The notes beneath the pieces were generated by a model. The model saw nothing but the letters and a program-made list of their open reading frames with translations, did not search any database and was not told where the DNA came from. A stretch of 63,653 nucleotides of DNA, the filler included, from Lama guanicoe (taxonomy: Eukaryota): assembly GCA_013239625.1 (NCBI GenBank). It is 178 parts of 178 records of this genome, joined end to end, with 100 filler letters (N's around TTAATTAATTAA, not from the genome) between each part and the next. Parts side by side here need not be neighbours in the genome. Positions count along the whole stretch, not along the records: positions 26,848 to 27,105 come from PNXV01049690.1; positions 27,206 to 27,463 come from PNXV01049691.1; positions 27,564 to 27,821 come from PNXV01049692.1; positions 27,922 to 28,179 come from PNXV01049693.1; positions 28,280 to 28,537 come from PNXV01049694.1; positions 28,638 to 28,895 come from PNXV01049695.1; positions 28,996 to 29,253 come from PNXV01049696.1; positions 29,354 to 29,611 come from PNXV01049697.1; 170 more parts are not named here. One strand, given 5' to 3'. Positions 26,748-39,635 of this stretch are shown here, one piece after another (positions within the stretch are counted from its first letter, which is position 1; each line of letters starts with the position of its first letter). Made by a program: the position numbers and the translations under genes.

Positions 26748-27439
26748 NNNNNNNNNNNNNNNNNNNNNNNNNNNNNNNNNNNNNNNNNNNNTTAATTAAT
26801 TAANNNNNNNNNNNNNNNNNNNNNNNNNNNNNNNNNNNNNNNNNNNNATAGTTCTACCAGATCATAGAGGTCCTTCTTAACATGCTGGAGAGCTTTAACT
26901 TCATCTTTTAGGCCAGACACATTTAAAAAATTAAATCACTCTAATCATTTAAAATTTGGGATACTTCATACAGATTTCTGGTTTTTCTTGAAATATCAGA
27001 CCATCTGGCTATACTGAGTCCACAATTGCTAGAGATGAGTAATTATTGCCCTCTTTAGGTGGAACCCTCTTTTCCAGGTGGCCAAAGTCTACTTGCTGCT
27101 TTTTTNNNNNNNNNNNNNNNNNNNNNNNNNNNNNNNNNNNNNNNNNNNNTTAATTAATTAANNNNNNNNNNNNNNNNNNNNNNNNNNNNNNNNNNNNNNN
27201 NNNNNAAAAATCTTTAAACAGTAGCCAACACCGTTATTTTTACTTTATAAATTAATAAGTACAGGCAGAGAGAAATCAGAAGACAATCTCACAATAGGAA
27301 AAGATATTAAGAAGTAGAACCAAGAAATCAATAGGTCTTTGTATGGCAGTTTACTAGAGTCTAGAAAAACTTCCTAGAAAACTCCCCTACACTTAGTTGC
27401 TTTGTAGTTTCAATGTTTTCCCCAAAAGATTGGAAAGTA

Positions 27440-27463
27440 CAGTCTGCCCTCCGCATCCACTGC
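27440..27463 (+). mobile_element. Tigger/MER2-type terminal inverted repeat
   Basis: TA|cagtctgccctccgcatcc, i.e. a TA target site plus a CAGTCGGCCCTCCGTATCC-like TIR. Confidence 0.5.
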
Positions 27464-29837
27464 NNNNNNNNNNNNNNNNNNNNNNNNNNNNNNNNNNNNN
27501 NNNNNNNTTAATTAATTAANNNNNNNNNNNNNNNNNNNNNNNNNNNNNNNNNNNNNNNNNNNNCAGGAGGCCCCAGCCTTGGGAGTCAGAGAGAGATGGA
27601 ATCCCATCAGTTTGGTGCTAGGGCTGTGGCCTTGGGCAAGCCCTGAGACCCTCTGAGCCCCCACTGCTCCTCATCTGTGGGAGGCACGTGATCGTGGACG
27701 CCCTGCAGGGGCGCACAGAGATCGAGGGTGTGAGACACCCCACCCCCACATCTGTGGTTCATGATGTGATGATCCCCTACACATAATGCCCGTGACCTGA
27801 GGGGAAGGGCAGGGTGAGTGGNNNNNNNNNNNNNNNNNNNNNNNNNNNNNNNNNNNNNNNNNNNNTTAATTAATTAANNNNNNNNNNNNNNNNNNNNNNN
27901 NNNNNNNNNNNNNNNNNNNNNACCTCTAATGGATAAATAAATAAAAACTTAATTATCTTCCCCTCTAAAAGGTAAAATAAAATAAAATAAAAAAATCAGG
28001 AAAAATTAATTAAAAAGAATCATAAAAAAGAGTAAGTTTTTGGCTTATTTTGAGATTCCTTTAAAATTTTACTTGTGTTGGCTATATAAAGTAACAACTG
28101 AAAAATGTAAAAAATCTTATCTACCTCATAGAGCTGGTGGTAGGGTAAAGAAGCTAATATTTGGACTTAGTTCATTCTCNNNNNNNNNNNNNNNNNNNNN
28201 NNNNNNNNNNNNNNNNNNNNNNNTTAATTAATTAANNNNNNNNNNNNNNNNNNNNNNNNNNNNNNNNNNNNNNNNNNNNGTCGCCAGCGGGCAGAGGAGG
28301 GAGGGAAGGCCTGGCCGGCCCATGGGGGCGCGGAACGGGGCTGCGTTGGGCCCACTGGGCTGCCCGTGGGTCTTGGGGGGATGGGTGAGGTGAGCCCTCC
28401 AGGCTGTGAGACAGAGAGGCCGGGGGGCCATGGCCTCAGCCCTCAGATAACACTGACGGTGCCTGCGAATCTCAGCCGTGCCCTCCACGTGGCCTCTGGC
28501 TGAGATGTGGGGCTCTGGCATGCTAGTGAGCCCCAAGNNNNNNNNNNNNNNNNNNNNNNNNNNNNNNNNNNNNNNNNNNNNTTAATTAATTAANNNNNNN
28601 NNNNNNNNNNNNNNNNNNNNNNNNNNNNNNNNNNNNNGAAAGCCAAGTATGGAATGGATAATTGCAGCTGATTGCACAGGAAAGGGTGCTGTTAATTGTT
28701 CATCTATGTTGAAATATTTCCCAGTAAGTGTTTATAAAGGGCATTGCCCAGGGTTGTTAACTGAGAGACGATCTTTCAGTGTGGAGTCATCTTCCTTAAC
28801 TGTAGTAATGAATGCAAGAAAATAAGAAACACCTTCGAATTTTGTATTTATGTTTTATTCCGAAGATTCCGAGGGCAGATCAAAGACGTGTCCCCNNNNN
28901 NNNNNNNNNNNNNNNNNNNNNNNNNNNNNNNNNNNNNNNTTAATTAATTAANNNNNNNNNNNNNNNNNNNNNNNNNNNNNNNNNNNNNNNNNNNNGGCAG
29001 GCCCAGGGATATGGGGGGTTGGTGGGAGGAGGCAGAGAGCCTTCAGGAGACTTGAGGCAGCCACAATTAACCAACCGGCATAAATGTATTTAAATGTTTT
29101 AAAACGTGTATGACCACCCCCCTGAGTATCAGGCCTGGTTGTCATTCTGATGATTGTTCTCACAGAGGAGTATTATTCTGGAGGCGTGGATTTGCTTATC
29201 ACATTAAATAACTTTTTCATGCTGATGACTCAAAAATTTACATCTCCAGCCCTNNNNNNNNNNNNNNNNNNNNNNNNNNNNNNNNNNNNNNNNNNNNTTA
29301 ATTAATTAANNNNNNNNNNNNNNNNNNNNNNNNNNNNNNNNNNNNNNNNNNNNGCTTCCCCCAGCTGGGCTCTGAGGCCATCAAAGGGCATGAGAGCTCC
29401 CCTCTGTTCTCCCAATTTTACTAAACGGAGGTTTTCCATTTAATTAATTTCTTTAGGTACTTTGATGTCTACTATCAAGTTCTAGAATTACTTCTCTCGG
29501 TGGAGACATAGTAATTCTAGCCTAATATTTCACTAGGGAGTCTCTTCCTAGTAAACGGATAGAGCTGGAGTAACTGAAGTGCGAAAGGTGCGCATCCCTC
29601 AAAGGGCCTAANNNNNNNNNNNNNNNNNNNNNNNNNNNNNNNNNNNNNNNNNNNNTTAATTAATTAANNNNNNNNNNNNNNNNNNNNNNNNNNNNNNNNN
29701 NNNNNNNNNNNCAATGCCTGCCTATCATGCTGGAGAAAAATGCCTACACTAGGATGTGCTGGAGCGGCACCTCCCCGAAGGCACGGGGGAGGTGAGGAAG
29801 TAGGTGCCACCCACTGACAACCCTGACTTAGTGTAAC

Positions 29838-29931
29838 CTCCCCACCTTTTACAGAGGAGCAACCGGAATCTCAGAAAGGTTAAGTGACCTGCTCGTGGCC
29901 ACTGCTACTTAGTGACATGACTGAGACTAGA
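29838..29931 (-). mobile_element. MIR SINE
   Basis: ttttacagaggagcaacc...ctcagaaaggttaagtgacctgctc. Confidence 0.75.
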
Positions 29932-30429
29932 TTCTATTCAGGGAGAATATTCCCCAGTGTCCTTCCTTCNNNNNNNNNNNNNNNNNNNNNNNNNNNNNNN
30001 NNNNNNNNNNNNNTTAATTAATTAANNNNNNNNNNNNNNNNNNNNNNNNNNNNNNNNNNNNNNNNNNNNAAGACCAAGAAGAGAGAAGAGAGACGCCCTA
30101 GCCCTGGTCCCCAACGTTCCATACTTCCCTCTGACCCAGATCCATCTGACCTGGGCTGAGTCTCCCCACCTCACCCCCGCCCATGCCTTCAGAAGGCTGG
30201 CCTAGGGGAGCCCCTGTGTGAGGCACTGGCCTCAAGACCTGACTCTGTGATGTGCTGACAAAAGAAAAGGTAGACATGGAGGCAACAGGAGAGGAACAAA
30301 GCAGCCAACACTGGAAGGGACTCAAGANNNNNNNNNNNNNNNNNNNNNNNNNNNNNNNNNNNNNNNNNNNNTTAATTAATTAANNNNNNNNNNNNNNNNN
30401 NNNNNNNNNNNNNNNNNNNNNNNNNNNAG

Positions 30430-30684
30430 CACGCTCCGCTCGGCCACCTCCTGCAGGAGGCCCTTCAGGGTGGAAATGTGGTCGGAGAAGGCGGCCACGT
30501 TGGCGCCCAGCTGCTCCTGGATGTCCCGCTCCTCCTGGACCAGCCTCTCCAGGACGGCCTCCTGCTCGCGGTCCACAGCCCGGTTCAGCTGCCCGAACTC
30601 CAAGGCCAGCTCCCGCCGCTGGCGCTGCACCTGCTCCCGCAGCTCCAGCAGCTTCCTGTCCTGCGCGGCCACCAGGCTCTGAGC
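30430..30684 (-). CDS. TRIM60/61/75-family tripartite motif protein, coiled-coil region (TRIM75-like)
   Basis: Frame is open across the contig: AQSLVAAQDRKLLELREQVQRQRRELALEFGQLNRAVDREQEAVLERLVQEERDIQEQLGANVAAFSDHISTLKGLLQEVAERSV. It shows the EF..L..L..EE pattern of TRIM coiled coils and near-exclusive G/C third positions. Confidence 0.8.
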
Positions 30685-30785
30685 GNNNNNNNNNNNNNNN
30701 NNNNNNNNNNNNNNNNNNNNNNNNNNNNNTTAATTAATTAANNNNNNNNNNNNNNNNNNNNNNNNNNNNNNNNNNNNNNNNNNNN

Positions 30786-31043
30786 TAAAAGTCCATCACA
30801 GATGATTAGATAAAGAAGTTGTGGTGTATTTATACAATAGAATACTACTCAACCGTAAAAAAGAATAAAATTATGCCATTTGTACCAACAGGGATGGACC
30901 TGAAGAGCATCATTCTAAGCTAAGTAAGCCAGAAAGAGAAAGAAAAAATACTACATGATATCACTCATATGTGGAATGTAAAAAAAAAAAAAGACACAAA
31001 TGAATTTATTTATAAAACAGAAACAAACTCACAGACATAGAAA
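30786..31043 (+). mobile_element. LINE1 ORF2 end / 3' UTR
   Basis: gaatactactc...atgccatttg...atggacc...gatatcactcatatgtggaat...aaacagaaacaaactcacagacatagaaa. Confidence 0.93.
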
Positions 31044-32747
31044 NNNNNNNNNNNNNNNNNNNNNNNNNNNNNNNNNNNNNNNNNNNNTTAATTAATTAAN
31101 NNNNNNNNNNNNNNNNNNNNNNNNNNNNNNNNNNNNNNNNNNNCATAGACTTTATTGAGCAAGTGGAAACAAATTTAGGTAAATGTTAGATCGGTGAAGA
31201 CTGACATCAAAGCCACTGGCATGGGGAACAACTAGAAATATTTTATTGATACCAGTTACAATACTATGGTGAGTATTGTGGGAAATAAAGTCTGGTATAA
31301 TTTTCTTATTCTCACTGAAAACAAGCTTTTATTTATGAAACACATTTTTATATAAACTATGTCCAATTTTACATTGCGAGATGTTCTTTTAATGATTTGT
31401 ANNNNNNNNNNNNNNNNNNNNNNNNNNNNNNNNNNNNNNNNNNNNTTAATTAATTAANNNNNNNNNNNNNNNNNNNNNNNNNNNNNNNNNNNNNNNNNNN
31501 NCCTTGAGCTATTAAATATTATGTTACTCAGTCAAAACTGTCAAGCTGTCTTTGCGAAGCTCATGGGATTATGGTTGTATACATATATAGACAGAGGGTT
31601 TAGCTCTGCGAAAGAGGGAAAAATGACAAGGTACAAGATGAGGTTAACCTCACAGTGGAAAAACCTAAACAGTTGTCAGCAGTGAAAAGAAATATTCTTG
31701 TCTCATTATTAAAACATCTAGATCTCTGCATTATTTCAAAGCAGCTGCACAGTCCTTCCNNNNNNNNNNNNNNNNNNNNNNNNNNNNNNNNNNNNNNNNN
31801 NNNTTAATTAATTAANNNNNNNNNNNNNNNNNNNNNNNNNNNNNNNNNNNNNNNNNNNNAAAAAAAATTGAGACAGAAAGGTTAATTGGCTTGTCCAAAC
31901 TCATTCAACTAGGTAGAGCTCTGTTTCTAATACTCTGTTCTTTATTTGACTTTACAAATTTTGACTTTGCAAAGTTCCAGTCAGAAAGCAATCCAAGATG
32001 TGAAAGTTTAGAAAGGCTTTATAGAGAACGTGGGACTTGACAGAACACTGAACTATAAACTATGTAAACAGAGAGAAAAGAGATGGATATTGTGAGCAAG
32101 AAGACTACGGTGTAATANNNNNNNNNNNNNNNNNNNNNNNNNNNNNNNNNNNNNNNNNNNNTTAATTAATTAANNNNNNNNNNNNNNNNNNNNNNNNNNN
32201 NNNNNNNNNNNNNNNNNAACAAACAAAATCTACTGCCTTCTGTACTAGACGTTACAATTCAATTCAGTTCACTACCAGGAAGATACATACATATATATGG
32301 AATAATTCGTATTTATTCAATGAACAAAAGAATGGATGGACTCAAGGAACAGTTAATAGATATTAGAATTCTTACAGAATACAAGAATAAAGAATAACCC
32401 CTGCTCACATACTTCTTCTAGCCTATATAGGAAGGGCAGATACTTACGTAGTAAGTTGGACAATGACAAAAGCAANNNNNNNNNNNNNNNNNNNNNNNNN
32501 NNNNNNNNNNNNNNNNNNNTTAATTAATTAANNNNNNNNNNNNNNNNNNNNNNNNNNNNNNNNNNNNNNNNNNNNAAGGACGTCTTGGCCAGGCTGATGA
32601 GGAATTTGAAAGTAGGAGCTTTCCATTAAAGAAATCTTCCACTTGGCTACAAGGGGCTGGCACTAATACACAGCCATGTTCATCACTGACTGGCGGCAGC
32701 ATCAGGGTGAAGACAATGAAGTAGCAAAGAATGGGAGCTGGGCTGTT

Positions 32748-32820
32748 GGCCAATCATGACGAAAATGGCGGATTCTCTTAAAGGGACCTGAGTGGCGCCG
32801 TTGTCGAGACCACATTTCCC
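32748..32820 (+). promoter_or_regulatory. Promoter motif cluster: CCAAT box, YY1 site, ZNF143/THAP11-like motif
   Basis: ggccaatca at 32748-32756; aaaatggcgg at 32762-32771; gaccacatttccc at 32808-32820. Confidence 0.45.
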
Positions 32821-32935
32821 TTCAAGTTGGAAANNNNNNNNNNNNNNNNNNNNNNNNNNNNNNNNNNNNNNNNNNNNTTAATTAATTAANNNNNNNNNNN
32901 NNNNNNNNNNNNNNNNNNNNNNNNNNNNNNNNNGG

Positions 32936-33190
<255 letters not shown>

Positions 33191-35081
33191 GNNNNNNNNN
33201 NNNNNNNNNNNNNNNNNNNNNNNNNNNNNNNNNNNTTAATTAATTAANNNNNNNNNNNNNNNNNNNNNNNNNNNNNNNNNNNNNNNNNNNNCCGTAAACA
33301 CTGCCCCCTTCACCTGGGTTGTCGGGAAGGCCCATAAGTCTTGGTAACTTGGTGGATTTCGATGCACAGCCATGGGTTCCCCAGGGCATTAATTCTGCTC
33401 CATTGCTTGTCCCTTTGAAATAAAAAGTAATGGTGAATACATTATACGTGGGGACATCTAAATCCCTCTTTAGTTTGCTGTCATTCTTAAGGTCACTGAT
33501 CTCCTTTGCTATCATAATTTATGCATCCAGAGCACATTTGAAGTTTGCTNNNNNNNNNNNNNNNNNNNNNNNNNNNNNNNNNNNNNNNNNNNNTTAATTA
33601 ATTAANNNNNNNNNNNNNNNNNNNNNNNNNNNNNNNNNNNNNNNNNNNNACTAATGGAGACGGGGTTAAACAAGTTGATGGGGTCGGAAACGTCAGGATA
33701 CAGATGCAAAGGAGACATTCAAGGTCAATTGGCAGGCTGAGGACGATACAGGAACACAGTCCACCGGCCACCAAGAAGCTGGAATAATCAGAGGCCTGGG
33801 TCGGAGAGCACGAAGTCTCTCCCTGGGGCTCAGAGCCTCGAACCGAAAAGAAAACCAGCAGGAATGCCCCTCTCACCTTCACCCTTAGCTAGTTAAAGCC
33901 AGCCGGANNNNNNNNNNNNNNNNNNNNNNNNNNNNNNNNNNNNNNNNNNNNTTAATTAATTAANNNNNNNNNNNNNNNNNNNNNNNNNNNNNNNNNNNNN
34001 NNNNNNNGGCCACCTCACATGGGCTCAGGGGACCCTACCCAGCCACTCCTTGCTGAGCCCATGCGTCCTGCGCCCCTTCCTGCGGGAACATCATGAGGAC
34101 ACTCAGCACCGACATCAGACTGATCACTTGGCCGGACCTCCCTTGCTCTTCGTCTGCCACCACCCTCCAGGGGGGAGGAGGTGGGCTTTGCTTTCACACC
34201 TTCTACTGGATTGAAGAAAGCCCCAAGGCCCAGGAAAGACACTGAAGAACTCTCTTCTCTTCAGGNNNNNNNNNNNNNNNNNNNNNNNNNNNNNNNNNNN
34301 NNNNNNNNNTTAATTAATTAANNNNNNNNNNNNNNNNNNNNNNNNNNNNNNNNNNNNNNNNNNNNGGGCCAGACAAATCCTGTCATTTTCTCTGCTCTGT
34401 GACATGAGGAAAACTGTTGCTTTAGACAGAAGGTTAATTTCCCAAGCAGTCATTCTTGTGTCTTATTAACTGTCTTCCAGTTCTGTGTGTGAAGAGCTTT
34501 AGTTGAGGAATTCTGAAGAGAAGATAGGACTCCCAGAAGGAGGAGACTTCTTTTGAAGTTAAAGAGAAAATGAGTCTTGGATCTCCAGTGAACAGCAGTT
34601 GGTTTTCTAAATAGTTCCTTTTGNNNNNNNNNNNNNNNNNNNNNNNNNNNNNNNNNNNNNNNNNNNNTTAATTAATTAANNNNNNNNNNNNNNNNNNNNN
34701 NNNNNNNNNNNNNNNNNNNNNNNGTTATCTGACTGTGGGAAGTTAAATTAATTTCTGTAAAATTAAAACGTCATCTTTCTGTTACCTTGCAAGATACAGA
34801 TAATGAAAACCTACCATCCCCGGTGGGTACCAGTCCCATTGTTCTTTTTTTTCCTCATCAATTTCTTTCACGCACTTAGCATCCCAAGATGCAAGACATT
34901 CTTTCCCATTGGTTTACTTCTTACATTGGCCGCCACTGGGGGTCTGATTCTCAGAGAGGATGTGCTCAGAGACTAATTCCCNNNNNNNNNNNNNNNNNNN
35001 NNNNNNNNNNNNNNNNNNNNNNNNNTTAATTAATTAANNNNNNNNNNNNNNNNNNNNNNNNNNNNNNNNNNNNNNNNNNNN

Positions 35082-35339
35082 TTAGCAGTGGTTTGCCCGG
35101 TAGCATTCCTTTTGAATGTTCACTCTGCTGATGGATATTTAGGTTGCTCCCAGGGTTTGGTTATTACAAGCAGGGCTGCGTGAACACTCATGTACCAGTC
35201 TTCGCATGGACATGTTTTCATTTTGGGGTGGCTTTGGGAGTGAAAGGAGAGGAGTGGAATAGCCGAGGCATATGGTTAGTATATGTTTAACTTTTTAAAA
35301 AACTGCCAAACACCTTTCCAAAATGGTCCTGTCATTTTG
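35082..35339 (-). mobile_element. Old LINE1 fragment
   Basis: ctgctgatggatatttaggttg...tatgtttaactttttaaaaaactgccaaac. Confidence 0.8.
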
Positions 35340-35797
35340 NNNNNNNNNNNNNNNNNNNNNNNNNNNNNNNNNNNNNNNNNNNNTTAATTAATTAANNNNN
35401 NNNNNNNNNNNNNNNNNNNNNNNNNNNNNNNNNNNNNNNCAGGTTGTAATATTCAGAATCTCTGCTCTTGTGAAGGAAGCCCTCCCTCTTCCACCCTTCA
35501 CGGTGTGGTTCTTCATCTAACTAGGAAAGTGGAGAGAAGGAGGGAGGCAGTCAAGAGAGACTCGCTTGTTTCCCAGTTTTCTGAGTTTAGAAGTTCTTAA
35601 GTATTATGAATTAAGTCTCACAACTAGCCTATAGGGTAGGCAATGAATTTTGTCCCGTTTTACAAATGTGTAAAACATCATCTTCAAGGTCATATGGNNN
35701 NNNNNNNNNNNNNNNNNNNNNNNNNNNNNNNNNNNNNNNNNTTAATTAATTAANNNNNNNNNNNNNNNNNNNNNNNNNNNNNNNNNNNNNNNNNNNN

Positions 35798-36055
35798 GGC
35801 CAGCTCTGTGCCCTGGACACACGGGGGACGAAAGGGCTGGGGAGGGGGCAGCGATTCGCCCCCGAAACGGAGGGTGGGGGAGACGCACAGACCAGAAGAA
35901 AGGAGCCGGACGCGGGAGGAGGCGGAGGGAAGGCTGCGCAGAGGGAGGGGACGGGGCACGCGGCGTCCCCGCAGGGCGCGCCCTGTCCGGCCCCCAGGGC
36001 CCCGCCCGCCCTCTCTGAGCCCCGCCCCGCCCGGGCCCCCGGCGCCGCCGCGCCT
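35798..36055. promoter_or_regulatory. CpG-island fragment with GC boxes
   Basis: Very GC- and CpG-rich; gccccgccccgccc Sp/KLF motifs near 36018-36033. Confidence 0.6.
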
Positions 36056-36155
36056 NNNNNNNNNNNNNNNNNNNNNNNNNNNNNNNNNNNNNNNNNNNNT
36101 TAATTAATTAANNNNNNNNNNNNNNNNNNNNNNNNNNNNNNNNNNNNNNNNNNNN

Positions 36156-36413
36156 TTTTCCAAAGAAGATACACAAATGATTAACAGGTGCTTGAACAGG
36201 TGCTCAGCATCACTCATCGTCAGGGAAATGCAAATCAAAACTATGATGAGATATCCCCGAACACCAATCAGAATCGCTATTACCCAAAAGACAGGAAATG
36301 ACAAGTGCTGGTGATGACGCAGAGAAAAGGGAATCCTCATGCACTGCCGGTGGGAGTGCCAGCTGGTACAGCTACAATGGAAAACAGAATGAGGGTTCTT
36401 CAAAAAATTAAAA
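36156..36413 (+). mobile_element. LINE1 ORF2 3' fragment
   Basis: ccaaagaagatacacaaatg...gctcagcatcactcatcgtcagggaaatgcaaatcaaaac...aatggaaaacag. Confidence 0.92.
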
Positions 36414-36513
36414 NNNNNNNNNNNNNNNNNNNNNNNNNNNNNNNNNNNNNNNNNNNNTTAATTAATTAANNNNNNNNNNNNNNNNNNNNNNNNNNNNNNN
36501 NNNNNNNNNNNNN

Positions 36514-36771
36514 TACATTCTTGGTTAAGTCCCACTTGGTCATGAGATTGATTCTATTTATACATTGTTGGACTTGACTTCCTAAAATTTTGTTTAGAAA
36601 TTTGCATGTATGTTCATGAGGAATATGGATGTCAAGGTTTCTTTTTTGTGAGCCTGTCAGAAATTGCTATCGAGTAATGCTGGTCTCTAGTTTGAGTTTG
36701 GAAATATTTTTTCCTCTTTAGGTTTCTGGGAGAGTTTGTATGCAACTGGTACTATTTCTTCTTTAATTATT
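36514..36771 (-). mobile_element. Old LINE1 ORF2 fragment
   Basis: cccacttggtcatg...tttgcatgtatgttcatgagg...gtaatgctgg. Confidence 0.75.
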
Positions 36772-37587
36772 NNNNNNNNNNNNNNNNNNNNNNNNNNNNN
36801 NNNNNNNNNNNNNNNTTAATTAATTAANNNNNNNNNNNNNNNNNNNNNNNNNNNNNNNNNNNNNNNNNNNNCACCTTCCTCCCACCGTGTTTAGGCCATT
36901 CAGTTCTTTATGTCAATGTTCAGGAAGTGCAGTGTTAGGATGTAGCACAGATCTGTTGTTCCCGGGGGTGGGCTGGATATCAGATTCGCCTCCCTGACTT
37001 GGAAAGAATCCAGGTAACCTTTGACTCACGGAGTCAGAATTCCAGATAAATGCTTAAACGGGAAGTTTTAAAATGCTCCGAAGGTCGTTGCGATACACAA
37101 TGCTGGTCAGTAACTACTGATTTTTTTTTNNNNNNNNNNNNNNNNNNNNNNNNNNNNNNNNNNNNNNNNNNNNTTAATTAATTAANNNNNNNNNNNNNNN
37201 NNNNNNNNNNNNNNNNNNNNNNNNNNNNNCCAAGTCATGTGAACAACAAATTAGCTCAGCATATAATTTGTGGCAATAATTTTTCCTCACTAAAATTCTA
37301 AATATTTTGAACCATTATGGGAACTTTCTACTGTGGGAAAGACTCTGAGATGAGGTCAGTGTCTCTCCTTTGGTGAATAAATTGACTTTTAACATTTGAA
37401 TTATGTACCAGTGGCAGTTTCCATAGTTAGACCCCCATGTAGGGACATTTTCGTCTATTAAATTTAATTGTGATTTTTTTCCCCATTNNNNNNNNNNNNN
37501 NNNNNNNNNNNNNNNNNNNNNNNNNNNNNNNTTAATTAATTAANNNNNNNNNNNNNNNNNNNNNNNNNNNNNNNNNNNNNNNNNNNN

Positions 37588-37845
37588 TGCAAATGGCATT
37601 ATTTCATTCTTTTTTATGGCTGAGTAATATTCCATAAATATATATATCTCACATTGTCTTTATCCATTCATCTGTCGATGAACATTTAGCCTGCTTCCAT
37701 GTCTTGGCTACTATTCTGCTTGGCTAATAATGCTGCTATGAACACTGAGGGTGCATGTATCTTTTTGAATTAGAGTTTTCATCTTTTCTGGACATATGCC
37801 CAGGAGTAGGATAGCTGGATCATATGGTAACTCAATTTTTTTTTT
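37588..37845 (-). mobile_element. LINE1 ORF2 3' fragment
   Basis: tgcaaatggcattatttcattc...tatggctgagtaatattcca...atatgcccaggagtaggatagctggatcatatggtaactc. Confidence 0.93.
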
Positions 37846-39377
37846 NNNNNNNNNNNNNNNNNNNNNNNNNNNNNNNNNNNNNNNNNNNNTTAATTAATTA
37901 ANNNNNNNNNNNNNNNNNNNNNNNNNNNNNNNNNNNNNNNNNNNNTCCTCCTCAGCCTGTTGGTAAACTGTTAAAAGCCTTCTGTCTGACAGGATATGTC
38001 TTGTATAAGTGACCAGATGTCATGTAAACATTTATGAAAGAAGTGGCCTCAATGACTCATGTTGTAATCACCGGCAAAAGAATGGTGAATTACATGGAGA
38101 AGCTGGTGGGAGACTTTTTAGAGTTACATGTTAACTCTGGGAGAGTGAGGTTACGCAGTCATGTCACTCACTAACTGGCTACTTTAGGTCACTGTGCAAG
38201 CTTNNNNNNNNNNNNNNNNNNNNNNNNNNNNNNNNNNNNNNNNNNNNTTAATTAATTAANNNNNNNNNNNNNNNNNNNNNNNNNNNNNNNNNNNNNNNNN
38301 NNNCTTTGTGGGTTGTGTTTCAGATGTGATTTAGGTTTGTTGAGTTTGTGCCCCACTTGGAAGACCTCAGCAAGGCCCAGGATTGACCTCTGATGTTTGC
38401 TGTCGCAAGCCGAGCTGAGCAGCTGTCGGCGTCTTCCGGGGCAGTGTCAGGGAAGACCCTGAGAGAGGCCTTGCTCAGAATGACAGCTGGTCAGAAGGCG
38501 GAGCCAGGTATGAACCCAACTTTGTGTCCTCAAGCTGGGCCCTGGCTGCATCCAGGCTGTCNNNNNNNNNNNNNNNNNNNNNNNNNNNNNNNNNNNNNNN
38601 NNNNNTTAATTAATTAANNNNNNNNNNNNNNNNNNNNNNNNNNNNNNNNNNNNNNNNNNNNTATAGGTCGCATATCAGAACATCAGAGACAAAAATACAT
38701 TTCAAGTTACATGAATGACTTCCTGGGAAACTTTCTCTGAGGTTCTGTGTAAAGACAGCCTGTGTTTGTTTCTGCTTTTATAACTTGCTTTACTTTTCTG
38801 CTAATGACAATATTGGTTTTAAAACCCAAAGCAGTCAATCAGAAAGAATAGCCTGTTTCTGAAACAAAACATGAATCTTAAAAAACCCCAAATGTGTAAC
38901 AATAAGTTGTCTATCCTGCNNNNNNNNNNNNNNNNNNNNNNNNNNNNNNNNNNNNNNNNNNNNTTAATTAATTAANNNNNNNNNNNNNNNNNNNNNNNNN
39001 NNNNNNNNNNNNNNNNNNNTGTGATTAGGTTAAAAAAGAACATTTAAACAATGGACACTAAACTGCACAGTCTTCAACAGTTTATCTTTTGAATCCTCTT
39101 GTCTGTATCCATAAAGTCCCAGCTTCCTGCCTTTATTCATACTATTTTTACCTCAATATCCATTCTTGTTATGTTGCATTAGGGTTCTGTAAGTATTCTG
39201 AGATCCAGGGAAAATGATAGCTCCCCTATGAAGGCTTTTTCAGTTGTAAACAATGACATCTTCCTCACAGAACACATNNNNNNNNNNNNNNNNNNNNNNN
39301 NNNNNNNNNNNNNNNNNNNNNTTAATTAATTAANNNNNNNNNNNNNNNNNNNNNNNNNNNNNNNNNNNNNNNNNNNN

Positions 39378-39635
39378 GCCTTTTCTAGAATGTCTTGTAG
39401 TATGTAGCCTTTTCAGACAGGCTTCTTCCACTCAGTAATTTGCATGTAAGGTCCCTCCATCTCATTTCATGGCTTAATAGCTGATTTCATTTTAGCGCCA
39501 AATAATATTCCATGTCTCCATATACCACAGTTTATTTATCCACCTACCAATTGAAGCACATCTTGGTTGCTTCCAAGTTATGGCCATTATGAATAAAGCT
39601 GCTGTAAACTTCCATGTGCAAGGTTTTTTTTTTTT
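39378..39635 (-). mobile_element. Old LINE1 (L1MC-like) fragment
   Basis: tatgtagccttttcagac...ataccacagtttatttatccac...catcttggttgcttccaag. Confidence 0.85.
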
